NCBI GenBank assembly: GCA_964632315.1
Contig: CAZWEM010000001.1
Coordinates: forward strand, 64,001 to 128,000
Source: an uncultured archaeon
GTDB taxonomy: Archaea > Asgardarchaeota > Lokiarchaeia > Sigyniarchaeales > SOKP01
DNA: 64,000 nt
Direction of reading: 5' to 3'
Positions 39,079 through 48,679 of the stretch are shown here, one piece after another. A program made the translations under genes and the position numbers. How positions within the stretch are numbered: position 1 is the stretch's first letter; each line of letters begins with the position of its first letter. Under the pieces are notes generated by a model. That model did not search any database and was not told the origin of the DNA. It saw only the letters and a list, made by a program, of their open reading frames with translations.

Positions 39079-40272
39079 TTAGAAATTGGTTAACTCTTCT
39101 TGATATTTTAAAATATCTGTCATGGAAATATCTTTATCAAATTCAATATTTTTTTGAATTCCTAAATAAGCACATGCAATATTAGCAGCAGCAGCAATCT
39201 CTGCCTTTTTTAATGTGAGTGTATATCCATTAACCGAATTTGATTTATCTCGATAATTTGATTGAAGATTATTTTGCATTGAATCATATGTCTGGCTTTT
39301 ATCATCTAAATAATCATAATTTTTATCTTGGATTTGATAAACCCTTTCAAGTTTCATTTTATGTAAGAGAGATGCCATTTTATCAGCGACCTTGAAAGGT
39401 AATTGATTTTGAACAATTACTCTAATAATATTATTTATATCAAAAAAATTCAGTGTTTCATGTTTTGCTCGTAAATATTTTTTTAAGCTTTCAGAATCTT
39501 TTTCACACTCAATTTCTGTCCAATCATGGATTGCGAGCCTTCTTCTGAAAAAAATTAATTCCCAATCGATATCCAATTCTTTTAGAAATTCTAATAACTT
39601 ATCATCGTTGGATCTTTTCATTTCTAAGGTAATATAAAGTTGCAAACCATACCATTTATGCTCCTGTTGTAAGAAAAAACCTCTTTGTTGCATTGAAGCC
39701 AAAATTTTAATATTTAGCGAGTAAATATTGTCAGTAACATTTTTCTTACCACAGTTCAAGTAAACAATATTGCCTTCTTCACTAATATATTCACAATCCA
39801 AGAAACCAATTATGCTCTCACTGTTTTGTTCAATAAAATCACTTAAACCACTGAGGGTTGGATTGACATCGAACTTCTTAAGATCATTCTCACGAATCGT
39901 AACATAATCCGTTTGACTCCCTCCTACAGCTAGTTTAATAGTATGTAATTTTAGTTCGTCTTCTGAACCAAAAACATTTTTGAAGGCATCATTTAGTGGG
40001 AAAATCTCTTTTTCTAAAATTTTTACATCTGCTATTGAACTTTCATATGGTTCGGGTTCTTTAAGTAATTTATTTAAAATAGGTGCTTCTGAGGCATCTA
40101 CTTCTATTTCATAATCTTTTGCTAAATTTTTTTTAATAACACAGATCGATTTTTTTTTCTCATTATACATTGTAAGAGTTGTAGCATTATCAATTACTGC
40201 CCGAAAATGTTCAGTAAATCGATCATCCAAATCATCGGATTTTAGTCTTCTTTTCCTCAAAATATGCACCAA
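39079..40272 (-). CDS. Hypothetical protein
   Basis: 397-aa open frame with genome-typical composition; no recognised motif. Confidence 0.75.
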   Translation of the reverse strand: MVHILRKRRLKSDDLDDRFTEHFRAVIDNATTLTMYNEKKKSICVIKKNLAKDYEIEVDASEAPILNKLLKEPEPYESSIADVKILEKEIFPLNDAFKNVFGSEDELKLHTIKLAVGGSQTDYVTIRENDLKKFDVNPTLSGLSDFIEQNSESIIGFLDCEYISEEGNIVYLNCGKKNVTDNIYSLNIKILASMQQRGFFLQQEHKWYGLQLYITLEMKRSNDDKLLEFLKELDIDWELIFFRRRLAIHDWTEIECEKDSESLKKYLRAKHETLNFFDINNIIRVIVQNQLPFKVADKMASLLHKMKLERVYQIQDKNYDYLDDKSQTYDSMQNNLQSNYRDKSNSVNGYTLTLKKAEIAAAANIACAYLGIQKNIEFDKDISMTDILKYQEELTNF

Positions 40273-40493
40273 ATCATCTTATTCTTATAAGAACCTTTAA
40301 TTTATAAAACAAATATAATCTTTTAATGTTATCTAATGATTTTCATAAAAATTTCGTGATAATTCTCTTTTTTTCATTGGCTTTTTCCGGATTTAGGTCA
40401 GATTTCTTTCTATTTAAATTTCCGCTCTAGTATAATTTTTAATATTATCGAGAAACTAGATAATTAACTTATTAACAAGGGTTAAAAGTAAAT

Positions 40494-40670
40494 TCAGGAA
40501 TCTTCTTCAAGAAAAAAGTTTTCACCCTTCTTGATATAAATTACGGTAGAACCAAAGTTATTTCTTACAGTATATTTATTGCCTTCTACTTCCAATAATT
40601 CGATTGAATAGGGTAATCTTCTGTCTTTTATAATCGATTCGATGATTTCCTTCTCTTCCTTAGGATCCAT
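40494..40670 (-). CDS. Small hypothetical protein (58 aa)
   Basis: ATG start MDPKEEKEII; protein-like alpha+beta sequence. Confidence 0.65.
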   Translation of the reverse strand: MDPKEEKEIIESIIKDRRLPYSIELLEVEGNKYTVRNNFGSTVIYIKKGENFFLEEDS

Positions 40671-40733
40671 GCATGAGGATAATATGGCAAACAAAAAAAG
40701 TTTTACGCATTCAAATTCAAGTTTTTATAAAAA

Positions 40734-41213
40734 TTATCCTCCTTCTTTCCCTTGAATGCTTTCGAGATCCATTCTTAAGATACTAGTTCTTTCATATTGT
40801 TCATATGTTTTAAATAACTTTTTTTTAAGATTTTCAGGATTTTCTTCTAAATGATGCAACAATACATCAAACCCATGCTCTTTTTCCGATATATCTGTGA
40901 CAATTTTCATCTTTCCTCTTAAGATAACCGAGCGATATGAATGGTTGCATTCGTTCATCTTATACCCGTTATCTTCTATAATTGTTGCACAAACTTTCGA
41001 GTTTTCTTTAATAAAATCAATTTTTAGCCCTTCATTCGCACAATGAAAGTATAAAGAGTTTTTTAACGAGTCATATCCATAACTTAGGGTGACTAAATAG
41101 GGTTCATTATCTCTACACATTGAAATGGTAGTATATTTACCACTTTTTAGAATTTTAGTTAAATTGGAGTCATTTTTTATCTCTTTTTCCTTCCTTCTCA
41201 TGTGATATGACAA
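40734..41213 (-). CDS. Pyridoxamine 5'-phosphate oxidase-like FMN-binding protein (NimA-like)
   Basis: MRRKEKEI, EPYLVTLSYGY, LYFHCANEGLK, YRSVILRG. Confidence 0.88.
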   Translation of the reverse strand: MSYHMRRKEKEIKNDSNLTKILKSGKYTTISMCRDNEPYLVTLSYGYDSLKNSLYFHCANEGLKIDFIKENSKVCATIIEDNGYKMNECNHSYRSVILRGKMKIVTDISEKEHGFDVLLHHLEENPENLKKKLFKTYEQYERTSILRMDLESIQGKEGG

Positions 41214-41462
41214 GATTAGCTCCCAATATAAATAGAGTTATTATAATAATTCAAGTAGATCAAAATTCAAAAAGTTACCTCTCTAAATTTCATTTCAAGC
41301 TAAAACAAGCAATTACTAATCCGATTTTTATATAAAAATTTAACTGTTTCACGGTGTTATTAAAAAAACGTGTAAAATTTAATAAACGAGTTATATATTT
41401 AAATAAAAACTCATTTAATTAAAATATAAGACTAGTAATACTCTTATTTTTAGTGGATTTTT

Positions 41463-42710
41463 ATGGTTAAACAAGCACTTAATATTGGCTTTTTTTCTAG
41501 CATGTATAGCCAGACAAATGGTACCGCGCATGCAGTTAAATTCCTGGCTGAGGCAATTGCAAAATTGGGTCATGATGTGCATGTATTCGCCCCTAAAATC
41601 ACGAATGGGCATACTGTTCCAGAAACACTCCATTATCATGAACTTGGTGGGGCAGTAGTAGGAGACAATACTGGATTCGTTGTAAGCGTACCAATTCATA
41701 AAATGTTCTTTTGTCCGCACGATTATCTCGATATCGCCCATATGCACACTCATGCTACGGTTGCAACAATGGCTATTAATTGGGCTAAATATTTAGGAAT
41801 TCCAATGGTAGGTACTCACAACGCACCACTAGCATATTATACTGCCCAGAACGTCAAAATGATTGGGAACATAATGTCTAAATCTGAGTTTTTATGGAAG
41901 CTTGAAAGACATATTCTTGATAAATATGATTTTGTACATGTTCCTACTAAATCAAAGAAAGATTTATTGTTAAATTATCGGTTTAAGGAACCAATAGTAT
42001 GTTTATCTAATGGCATACATGATGCAATGTTCACTGATTTGAAAGAAAATGGAATTCGTGAAAAATATGGGATAGATGGCAAGAAAGTGTTATTGTATGC
42101 TGCACGATTATCAACAGAAAAACATCCAATAAGCGTTCTTAAGGCATTTAGGAAGATACATGAAGAAGTACCTGATGCACACTTGCTAATGGTTGGAAGC
42201 GGTGGAGCCTCAACAGAAAAGGTACAGCGGGTTCTTAAAAAGAAAGCTTATAGGGATATTGCAACATATGCTGGGCGAGTACCTTTTGTCGATTTATTAA
42301 GACTTTATAAAGCTGCAGATGTGTCTAGTTTATATTCATGGGTTGAAGCTGAAGGATTGGTATTAATTGAAGCGATGGCTCAAGGAACCCCAACTGTTGG
42401 TGCAAATGCGACTGGAATAAGCAACGTGATAAAACATGGAGAAACGGGATATCTTGTAAATAATATGGATCAATTCAAAGATGCGGTTGTAAAATTATTG
42501 AAAGATGATGATCTGAGGGAGCAATTTGGAAACAATGCTAAAAAAGAAGCTCAACAGTACCGAATAAGCAAAATTGCAGAATCTTGGATTAAGTTATACA
42601 AATTTACGATGGATGAATTATATCCATTAAGATATTATCGTAGGGAAAGAAGAGAACGAGTTGATCTGGTTAAAGGATTCGTAAAAACAATCCCTAATGT
42701 AACATGGTAA
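41463..42710 (+). CDS. GT4 glycosyltransferase (glycolipid synthase-like)
   Basis: YSQTNGTA, RLSTEK, EAEGLVLIEAMAQG. Confidence 0.9.
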   Translation: MVKQALNIGFFSSMYSQTNGTAHAVKFLAEAIAKLGHDVHVFAPKITNGHTVPETLHYHELGGAVVGDNTGFVVSVPIHKMFFCPHDYLDIAHMHTHATVATMAINWAKYLGIPMVGTHNAPLAYYTAQNVKMIGNIMSKSEFLWKLERHILDKYDFVHVPTKSKKDLLLNYRFKEPIVCLSNGIHDAMFTDLKENGIREKYGIDGKKVLLYAARLSTEKHPISVLKAFRKIHEEVPDAHLLMVGSGGASTEKVQRVLKKKAYRDIATYAGRVPFVDLLRLYKAADVSSLYSWVEAEGLVLIEAMAQGTPTVGANATGISNVIKHGETGYLVNNMDQFKDAVVKLLKDDDLREQFGNNAKKEAQQYRISKIAESWIKLYKFTMDELYPLRYYRRERRERVDLVKGFVKTIPNVTW

Positions 42711-42802
42711 GCTTTTTTATAATTTCTTCGATTTTTTAACAATAATAATAATTTTGGGAAAAAATTAAAACGAGAAATCAAGATAGAAATTAGTGGTTAA
42801 AA

Positions 42803-43324
42803 ATTTCTTCCTATAAGCTCAAAATCATTCTAGTTGGAATGCCTAATACCGAGAAAGATGATCTAATAAATATTATTGCTGAAAACCGCTTTGCTACAAA
42901 TTATAAGCTCACGGTTGGAGTGGAAATATTATCTAAAAATATTGAATATAAACCCGGAGAAGTAGCCACACTCTCAATTTGGGATATTGGGGGTCAACAA
43001 AGATTTGAATTTATACGTTCTACTTTTTATAAAGGCGCCACAGGAGCTTTATTAACTTTCGATTTAACAAGAGAACAAACAATTTCAGAAATTCGAAGGT
43101 GGCTACAAGAAATTTTCCAATATACTGGAAAAATCCCCTTTTTATTAATAGCAAATAAGATCCATTTAGATAAGGATTCCATAACGAATAGAGAACAAAT
43201 TTATGATTTAGTTAATTCTCAAGGAGGAATCTATATTGAATTAGACCCAGAGGATATTAAAACTATTGAGACTGGACTTCTTGAATTAATTAATCAAATT
43301 ATGCTAATGAGATCTTTGACATAG
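42803..43324 (+). CDS. Rab-like small GTPase homolog with degenerate P-loop (probable pseudo-GTPase)
   Basis: YKLKIILVG-MPNTEKD (upstream extension), YKLTVGVE, IWDIGGQQRF, FYKGA, ANKIH; no ETSA. Confidence 0.82.
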   Translation: MSSYKLKIILVGMPNTEKDDLINIIAENRFATNYKLTVGVEILSKNIEYKPGEVATLSIWDIGGQQRFEFIRSTFYKGATGALLTFDLTREQTISEIRRWLQEIFQYTGKIPFLLIANKIHLDKDSITNREQIYDLVNSQGGIYIELDPEDIKTIETGLLELINQIMLMRSLT

Positions 43325-43386
43325 AATTGACTCTTTTAATCTTATTAAGAAAAAAATTTATAGTATGAAAATTTAGTGAAATCATC

Positions 43387-44421
43387 ATGTCAATGGATGA
43401 GGGAAATAGTAATCATCGTGATAACGTAGAAAATGTGGAAAAAGAAAAAGAAATAGTTGAAAAGGACTTTGTTCCTCACTTTCTCCCCACTTACCGTATT
43501 AAGATAAACATCTTCCCTTTACCTATAATTACTGTTATAGTAATCGCTGGGATTTTGGCATATTTAACTTATTTTATAGCAGGAGTACAAATAGAAGGTG
43601 GATATTTTTCTGAAGAACAATATGGTGCTCTTGGAGGAATTTTAAACGGAATAATTTTTACTGTGCTTTCGGTAATCTCAGCCTTTATAATTGTCTTCAT
43701 AATTAGGAAAAAAGGAATCGACGTGCTGAAATATATATTTGGATTTACATTTGGATTTTTGGGATTTTTTTTAACATGGTTTTTTGTATCAATTTTAATT
43801 TATTTGATTTTCATATTGTTTCCAGAAACTGCCTTTTTGGTCAATTTGTATTATATCACTTCTAATATTATTAGTCCTATTATGGTTGGAGTGTTTACTT
43901 TTTTCCTTCTTTATAAATATTTTAAATCTAAAACAATATTTACTAAAAATGCAATAGTTCTTTACAATAGTTTGTTGATCGGTGCTTCAATGGGAATTTT
44001 CTTGCCATTGTGGACAACCATTGCAATTTTAATTGGGATATCATTTTGGGACATGTATGCTGTTTTACATAAGAGAGGCCCAATTAAAGAAATGATTGAT
44101 ATTGCTTCAAATAGTTATAACAATGATTTAGTTGATGAGAGTTTAGAAATTCGTGTAAAGAGTGGAGAAGCTATCTATGATACATCCAGAGTAGAAATTG
44201 GTATAGGAGACCTAGCGTTTTACAGCCTACTAACATCAAGTTCTTTAATTCAAACAGATAATCTTTTTGTAATGATTTTCACTTCTATTGCAATTCTAAT
44301 TGGCACGGGAATAACCTTGATGGGCCTTAAGAGAAATAAGATCTTACCTGGATTACCAATATCTATATTTCTCGGTATAGGTACGATGTTTTTGTCTTGG
44401 TATTTATTTTCAATATTATAA
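43387..44421 (+). CDS. Presenilin-family GxGD intramembrane aspartyl protease
   Basis: About 9 TMs; FWDMYAVL..GPIK, IGIGDLAFYS, LPGLPISI. Confidence 0.92.
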   Translation: MSMDEGNSNHRDNVENVEKEKEIVEKDFVPHFLPTYRIKINIFPLPIITVIVIAGILAYLTYFIAGVQIEGGYFSEEQYGALGGILNGIIFTVLSVISAFIIVFIIRKKGIDVLKYIFGFTFGFLGFFLTWFFVSILIYLIFILFPETAFLVNLYYITSNIISPIMVGVFTFFLLYKYFKSKTIFTKNAIVLYNSLLIGASMGIFLPLWTTIAILIGISFWDMYAVLHKRGPIKEMIDIASNSYNNDLVDESLEIRVKSGEAIYDTSRVEIGIGDLAFYSLLTSSSLIQTDNLFVMIFTSIAILIGTGITLMGLKRNKILPGLPISIFLGIGTMFLSWYLFSIL

Positions 44422-44498
44422 ATTTAAAACTTTAAAGTCTAAATCACACTTTATGTATTAAAATTAAAGAAAAGTATAACTTAAAATAGTTGAAAATT

Positions 44499-45686
44499 AT
44501 GGTAGATGTTTCCAACATAAGAAGAATTGCAGTAGTAGGTGCTGGAACTATGGGCCGTGAAATCGCTCAAGACGCCCTTATGGCAGGCTTTGAAAAGGTT
44601 TTTTTATACAGTAGGTCAATAGAGACTTTAAATAAGGCAAAACAGTTTATTGAAAGTGGATTAAAAAAATTATATTCAAAAAATAAACTTGATGAGGGAA
44701 TTTCTCCGGACTCTTTAATGAATAAGCTCATATTTTATAGAGATATTAAACAAACAGTCGAAAATGCTGATTTTGTAATCGAATCGGTACCTGAAAATAT
44801 GGATTTAAAAAAAGAAATTTTTCAAAAATTAGGAAAAGTAGCACCCGAATACGCAATTTTAGCTACAAATACATCAACGATGAGTATTACAGAGATATCA
44901 GAAGCATCAGGAAAGCCAGAAAATGTAATAGGAATGCATTTTTTTACCCCAGTTGTAGTTCTTAGATTAATTGAAGTCATAAAGGGTGCTTATACTTCCC
45001 AAGAGACCTTTGATATTGGTGTTGCAATTGGTGAGAAGTTCCCTGCATTGAAAGGTAAAAGGTACATAGCAAAAATTGAAAAAGAGAGTCCAGGATTCAT
45101 TGTAAATAGATTAACTATTGCTAGTAGTTTATATTTAAATTGGCTTGTTGATATGGCTAGGGAAAAGGGTATCCCAATAGAAACAATTGATAACGATGTA
45201 GTAGAGTATCCCGCATTAGGACCATTTGCAAAATGGGATTATTTTGGAATTGACATTGTATGTGATACTCATAATTATTTCGCAGAACATTTATCTCCTG
45301 AGTTTACTCCAGGAAGTACTCTTAAAAAGTTATTAAAAGAAGGAAATTTAGGGAAAAAAACAGGAAAAGGATTATATGAATGGGACGCCGGAAAACCACT
45401 CATTAAAAGCAAAGAAAAAGCAAATATTTTCAATATGGAATTATATTATGCCATACAGTTAAATGAAGCCTGTAAACTTTTAGATGAAGGCGTAGTAAAA
45501 GGGTATAAGGTTATAGATGATACGATGCTTGCGGGAATGGATATGCCTGGTCCCTTTAGTGTAGGAAAGCGAAAATATAAAGAATGGACGAAATTACTTG
45601 AAAATTTTTCAATAGAATCTGGACTTCAGTATATAAGACCATGTAAATTGATGTCCTCTGGAAAATTCATAAATTTGAAAAAATAA
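44499..45686 (+). CDS. 3-hydroxyacyl-CoA dehydrogenase with duplicated C-terminal domain
   Basis: VVGAGTMG, ESVPE, ATNTST, GMHFF, PGFIVNR, GKKTGKG, second NEA..GPF unit. Confidence 0.93.
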   Translation: MVDVSNIRRIAVVGAGTMGREIAQDALMAGFEKVFLYSRSIETLNKAKQFIESGLKKLYSKNKLDEGISPDSLMNKLIFYRDIKQTVENADFVIESVPENMDLKKEIFQKLGKVAPEYAILATNTSTMSITEISEASGKPENVIGMHFFTPVVVLRLIEVIKGAYTSQETFDIGVAIGEKFPALKGKRYIAKIEKESPGFIVNRLTIASSLYLNWLVDMAREKGIPIETIDNDVVEYPALGPFAKWDYFGIDIVCDTHNYFAEHLSPEFTPGSTLKKLLKEGNLGKKTGKGLYEWDAGKPLIKSKEKANIFNMELYYAIQLNEACKLLDEGVVKGYKVIDDTMLAGMDMPGPFSVGKRKYKEWTKLLENFSIESGLQYIRPCKLMSSGKFINLKK

Positions 45687-46943
45687 TTAAATCCAAATCT
45701 CAATACTACTATTTGATATTATGTTCTGAACATTTTCAATATTGTTTCCTTCTAAATCTAAGAATATGAGCTGATTCAAGCTATTAATCTCGGATGGAAT
45801 TTGACATAGCTTATTATTCATTAAATCAAGTTTCGCTAAAAATTTAAAATTGTTAATCCAACTGGGAATTATTTGTAAATTTTGGTCTCTTAACACTAAT
45901 TCCTCTAAGTCGTAAAAATTCAAAATTTGTTGAGGTATAAAGGTAATTTGAAAACTATGGTATCCATATAGAAAAATACCTGTAACTGACCCTTTTCCAT
46001 TAATTTTATAATTACATGCATAAAATCTGTTTAGATCATCATTATCCTTAACTTTTTCTAACTTTTGTCCCGTGAGGAATTCTAATAATGCAAGAGTTGA
46101 TGCTTGTTTGTAATCCACTCCTTCCTTAATATACTTATATGCGAAATTCTGTCTTGCTAAATCGAAAATAGCCTTTGATAGGTGGTTTATGTTAAAGTTA
46201 TTGGTTAAACTTAATTTTCTTAAAGAAACTAGTCTTTTCCAAGAAATGTCTGGTATTTCTGGGAACCAATTCCAATCTAAATATAACTGTTCTAAACTAA
46301 TAAGATTTTCAAAGGATTTTGGCAAATTAGTTAACTTATTATTCCATAAATTCAAATATTCTAAATTTTTAAGCATTCCAATTGAAAATGGAATCTCATT
46401 TATATCATATCCTCCCAATTGTAGGCTGACTATATGTCTTTTCTTAATATAGGGATGAAAAAATCCTATTTCATTTGACTTATCAAGCATCGCTTCGAAA
46501 TCGAGGACAAATTTAACTTCATTTATATCTAAATCGTATATTTTCGTAAGATTCTGGTAAAATTCAAGTAAAAGTCTTCTTTTTATCAAATTGTTACCAT
46601 TATTTAAACAAGCTTCTACCCCAACTAAAACGTCTATAGATTTTTCATGTTGAAAAACCCATTTTAAAACTTCTAGACCTTTGTTTAGGAAATTTTGGGT
46701 AATTACTTTTGCCGCTTTTGCTCGAATAATCGAATTATTATCAGAAGTTAAAAGATTCTCAAAAATTTTGTAAATTTTCTCTTCTCCACTATTTAATTGT
46801 TCTAATCCCTCAATCGCAGTTAAACGCTTCTTTATATTATCCACTTCATCCAGAACTGTTATAAAAAGCTCTATTACCTCATCAAGAGAGAGTTTATTAT
46901 TTTTATATAAGTTTATAATTTTGTTCAGTTCTAAATTCCCCAT
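45687..46943 (-). CDS. HEAT-repeat plus leucine-rich-repeat protein
   Basis: FENLLTSDNNSIIRAKAA HEAT; LEYLNLWNNKLTNLP, LDLMNNKLCQIP LRRs. Confidence 0.88.
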   Translation of the reverse strand: MGNLELNKIINLYKNNKLSLDEVIELFITVLDEVDNIKKRLTAIEGLEQLNSGEEKIYKIFENLLTSDNNSIIRAKAAKVITQNFLNKGLEVLKWVFQHEKSIDVLVGVEACLNNGNNLIKRRLLLEFYQNLTKIYDLDINEVKFVLDFEAMLDKSNEIGFFHPYIKKRHIVSLQLGGYDINEIPFSIGMLKNLEYLNLWNNKLTNLPKSFENLISLEQLYLDWNWFPEIPDISWKRLVSLRKLSLTNNFNINHLSKAIFDLARQNFAYKYIKEGVDYKQASTLALLEFLTGQKLEKVKDNDDLNRFYACNYKINGKGSVTGIFLYGYHSFQITFIPQQILNFYDLEELVLRDQNLQIIPSWINNFKFLAKLDLMNNKLCQIPSEINSLNQLIFLDLEGNNIENVQNIISNSSIEIWI

Positions 46944-47060
46944 ATCTCAATTAATTTAAGATATTATGGTTATTAATGGTTGATGATGATGATTATTAAG
47001 TTGTTGTTTTAAATAAAATGACTTAATTTAAATGTTATATTTTTCATTAATGGATAAAAA

Positions 47061-47354
47061 ATGACTAATGATGATACTTCCCCCAAAACTGGTATAGAGA
47101 AAATTATAGATTTCTTTAATGAAGAACTCGATATAAATCATCCAATTGCGATAGCTGAGGTAGTCGATAAAACGGGGTTTTCTTGGAGCTTCGTTAAAAA
47201 GACGTTAGTCCGAATCAAAAATGAATATGACGGTTTTCATTTTGAAAAATCAGGAAATACTTGGATTTCTTGGAAGGATAGAGAGCATATAATAAGGAAA
47301 TTAGAAGATACTTGTTCACGTTTTTTGGACGAATCCGATAGTGAATGTGAATAA
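47061..47354 (+). CDS. Small winged-helix-like protein
   Basis: PIAIAEVVDKTGFSWSFVKKTL HTH followed by a beta-hairpin. Confidence 0.65.
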   Translation: MTNDDTSPKTGIEKIIDFFNEELDINHPIAIAEVVDKTGFSWSFVKKTLVRIKNEYDGFHFEKSGNTWISWKDREHIIRKLEDTCSRFLDESDSECE

Positions 47355-47394
47355 GTTTATTTTCATTCATATACAATTTTTCGAAAATTATAAT

Positions 47395-48504
47395 TTAAAA
47401 GCTAAAATTCGAATCTCGCTCTTTCTTTTTTCTTTTCTTTCCAGATAAATACAAAATGCAACATCCGCTACATATAGGCATAAAATTACCTTGCTTCATA
47501 AAATTCCTAAACTTAATGTATTGTTTACCTTTCCAAATTTCCTTAATTGATTTCTCATGTAAATTTCCCATCACTAAATCGTAAAAAATATGACAAGGAG
47601 CAACATCTCCATTTGCGATGATATCTACCGAAACGAATGGAGAATAGCATGCTTTATACTGATCCTGCATTTTATCCCATTCAGTATTAATATAAGCACT
47701 TAAGTTTTCTGGAGAGAACGTGGGAGGTAGTAGTAAGATATTTTTATTTTTCTTAGATAAAAACTTACGCACTTCTTTAACTTGTCGTGATAATTCATTT
47801 ACATCAATATTGGAGAAATCATCTTTTGATCTGACCAAACCCTTCCAGTATAAATTACTATCTTCATCAAATTCTGATTTTAAAAAGTTCGCATAAAGTT
47901 CCCCCATTTCTTGGGTAATAAAATTCTGCATTTGAATTGTTACCCAATCAATATATTTAATGTTTAAATCTTCCAAGAAGAATTGTTCTAATTTATCAAA
48001 ATTTGAAGTTGTTATTGTATAAATAAGGCTTATACTTGGAGTTTTAGATTGATTACGTAATTTTTCTCTATAAAGGATCTCAATACCTCTCATTGCTTTC
48101 TCATAACTTCCTTTTCCCCTTTGTTTATCATTGATTTCTTTAGGACCGTCAATTGAGATCCTTACTGAATCAAATCCGCTTTCAACAAGCATCTTAGCAT
48201 TTTGAGTTATTAATGTGCCATTTGTAGGAGTATCGACATATGATCCTCCTTTTTTAATTTCCTTAATTAAATCTCCAAATTGAGGATATAATAAGGGTTC
48301 TCCGCCAAATAAACTGTAAGATGGCCTTACTTGTTCGAGATCTTTCACGAGCTTTTTAATTATATGGAAATCTAAGACCTTTGGTTGAGAAAAAGATCTA
48401 TTATTAGAGTAAGAACCGGACTCTCCCCAGAAATAACACATTTTACATCGCAAATTACAATTTTCTGTTAAATGCAGTGTAATATTTCTCGGTAATCCAT
48501 TCAT
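47395..48504 (-). CDS. Radical SAM protein with SPASM/twitch domain
   Basis: CNLRCKMC, GGEP, TNG, SIDG; CYSPF..GDVAPC..MGNL..CSGC. Confidence 0.92.
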   Translation of the reverse strand: MNGLPRNITLHLTENCNLRCKMCYFWGESGSYSNNRSFSQPKVLDFHIIKKLVKDLEQVRPSYSLFGGEPLLYPQFGDLIKEIKKGGSYVDTPTNGTLITQNAKMLVESGFDSVRISIDGPKEINDKQRGKGSYEKAMRGIEILYREKLRNQSKTPSISLIYTITTSNFDKLEQFFLEDLNIKYIDWVTIQMQNFITQEMGELYANFLKSEFDEDSNLYWKGLVRSKDDFSNIDVNELSRQVKEVRKFLSKKNKNILLLPPTFSPENLSAYINTEWDKMQDQYKACYSPFVSVDIIANGDVAPCHIFYDLVMGNLHEKSIKEIWKGKQYIKFRNFMKQGNFMPICSGCCILYLSGKKRKKKERDSNFSF

Positions 48505-48549
48505 AATGTTCCTCTAATAAAATTATTTAAATGTCTTTAACCTTTCTGC

Positions 48550-48600
48550 AAGGTGAAAATTTTAGATAGTGTGAAATTTCACACTCTAAATCTACACCTT
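48550..48600. promoter_or_regulatory. Extended inverted repeat in divergent promoter region
   Basis: Perfect 18-bp palindrome AGTGTGAAATTTCACACT (48568-48585) flanked by TTTAG/CTAAA and AAGGTG/CACCTT. Confidence 0.6.
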
Positions 48601-48679
48601 TAAATTTTATAATAAATTTTATCAATTAGTTAAATTTAGCTTTTTAATATTACATTTTAAAAGAAAGTGAACAAATCTC

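Noticed and set aside
42803-43324. Calling the degenerate Rab a pseudogene
   Set aside because: The frame is intact over the whole G-domain, and the changes concentrate in nucleotide-binding motifs while switch regions are conserved.
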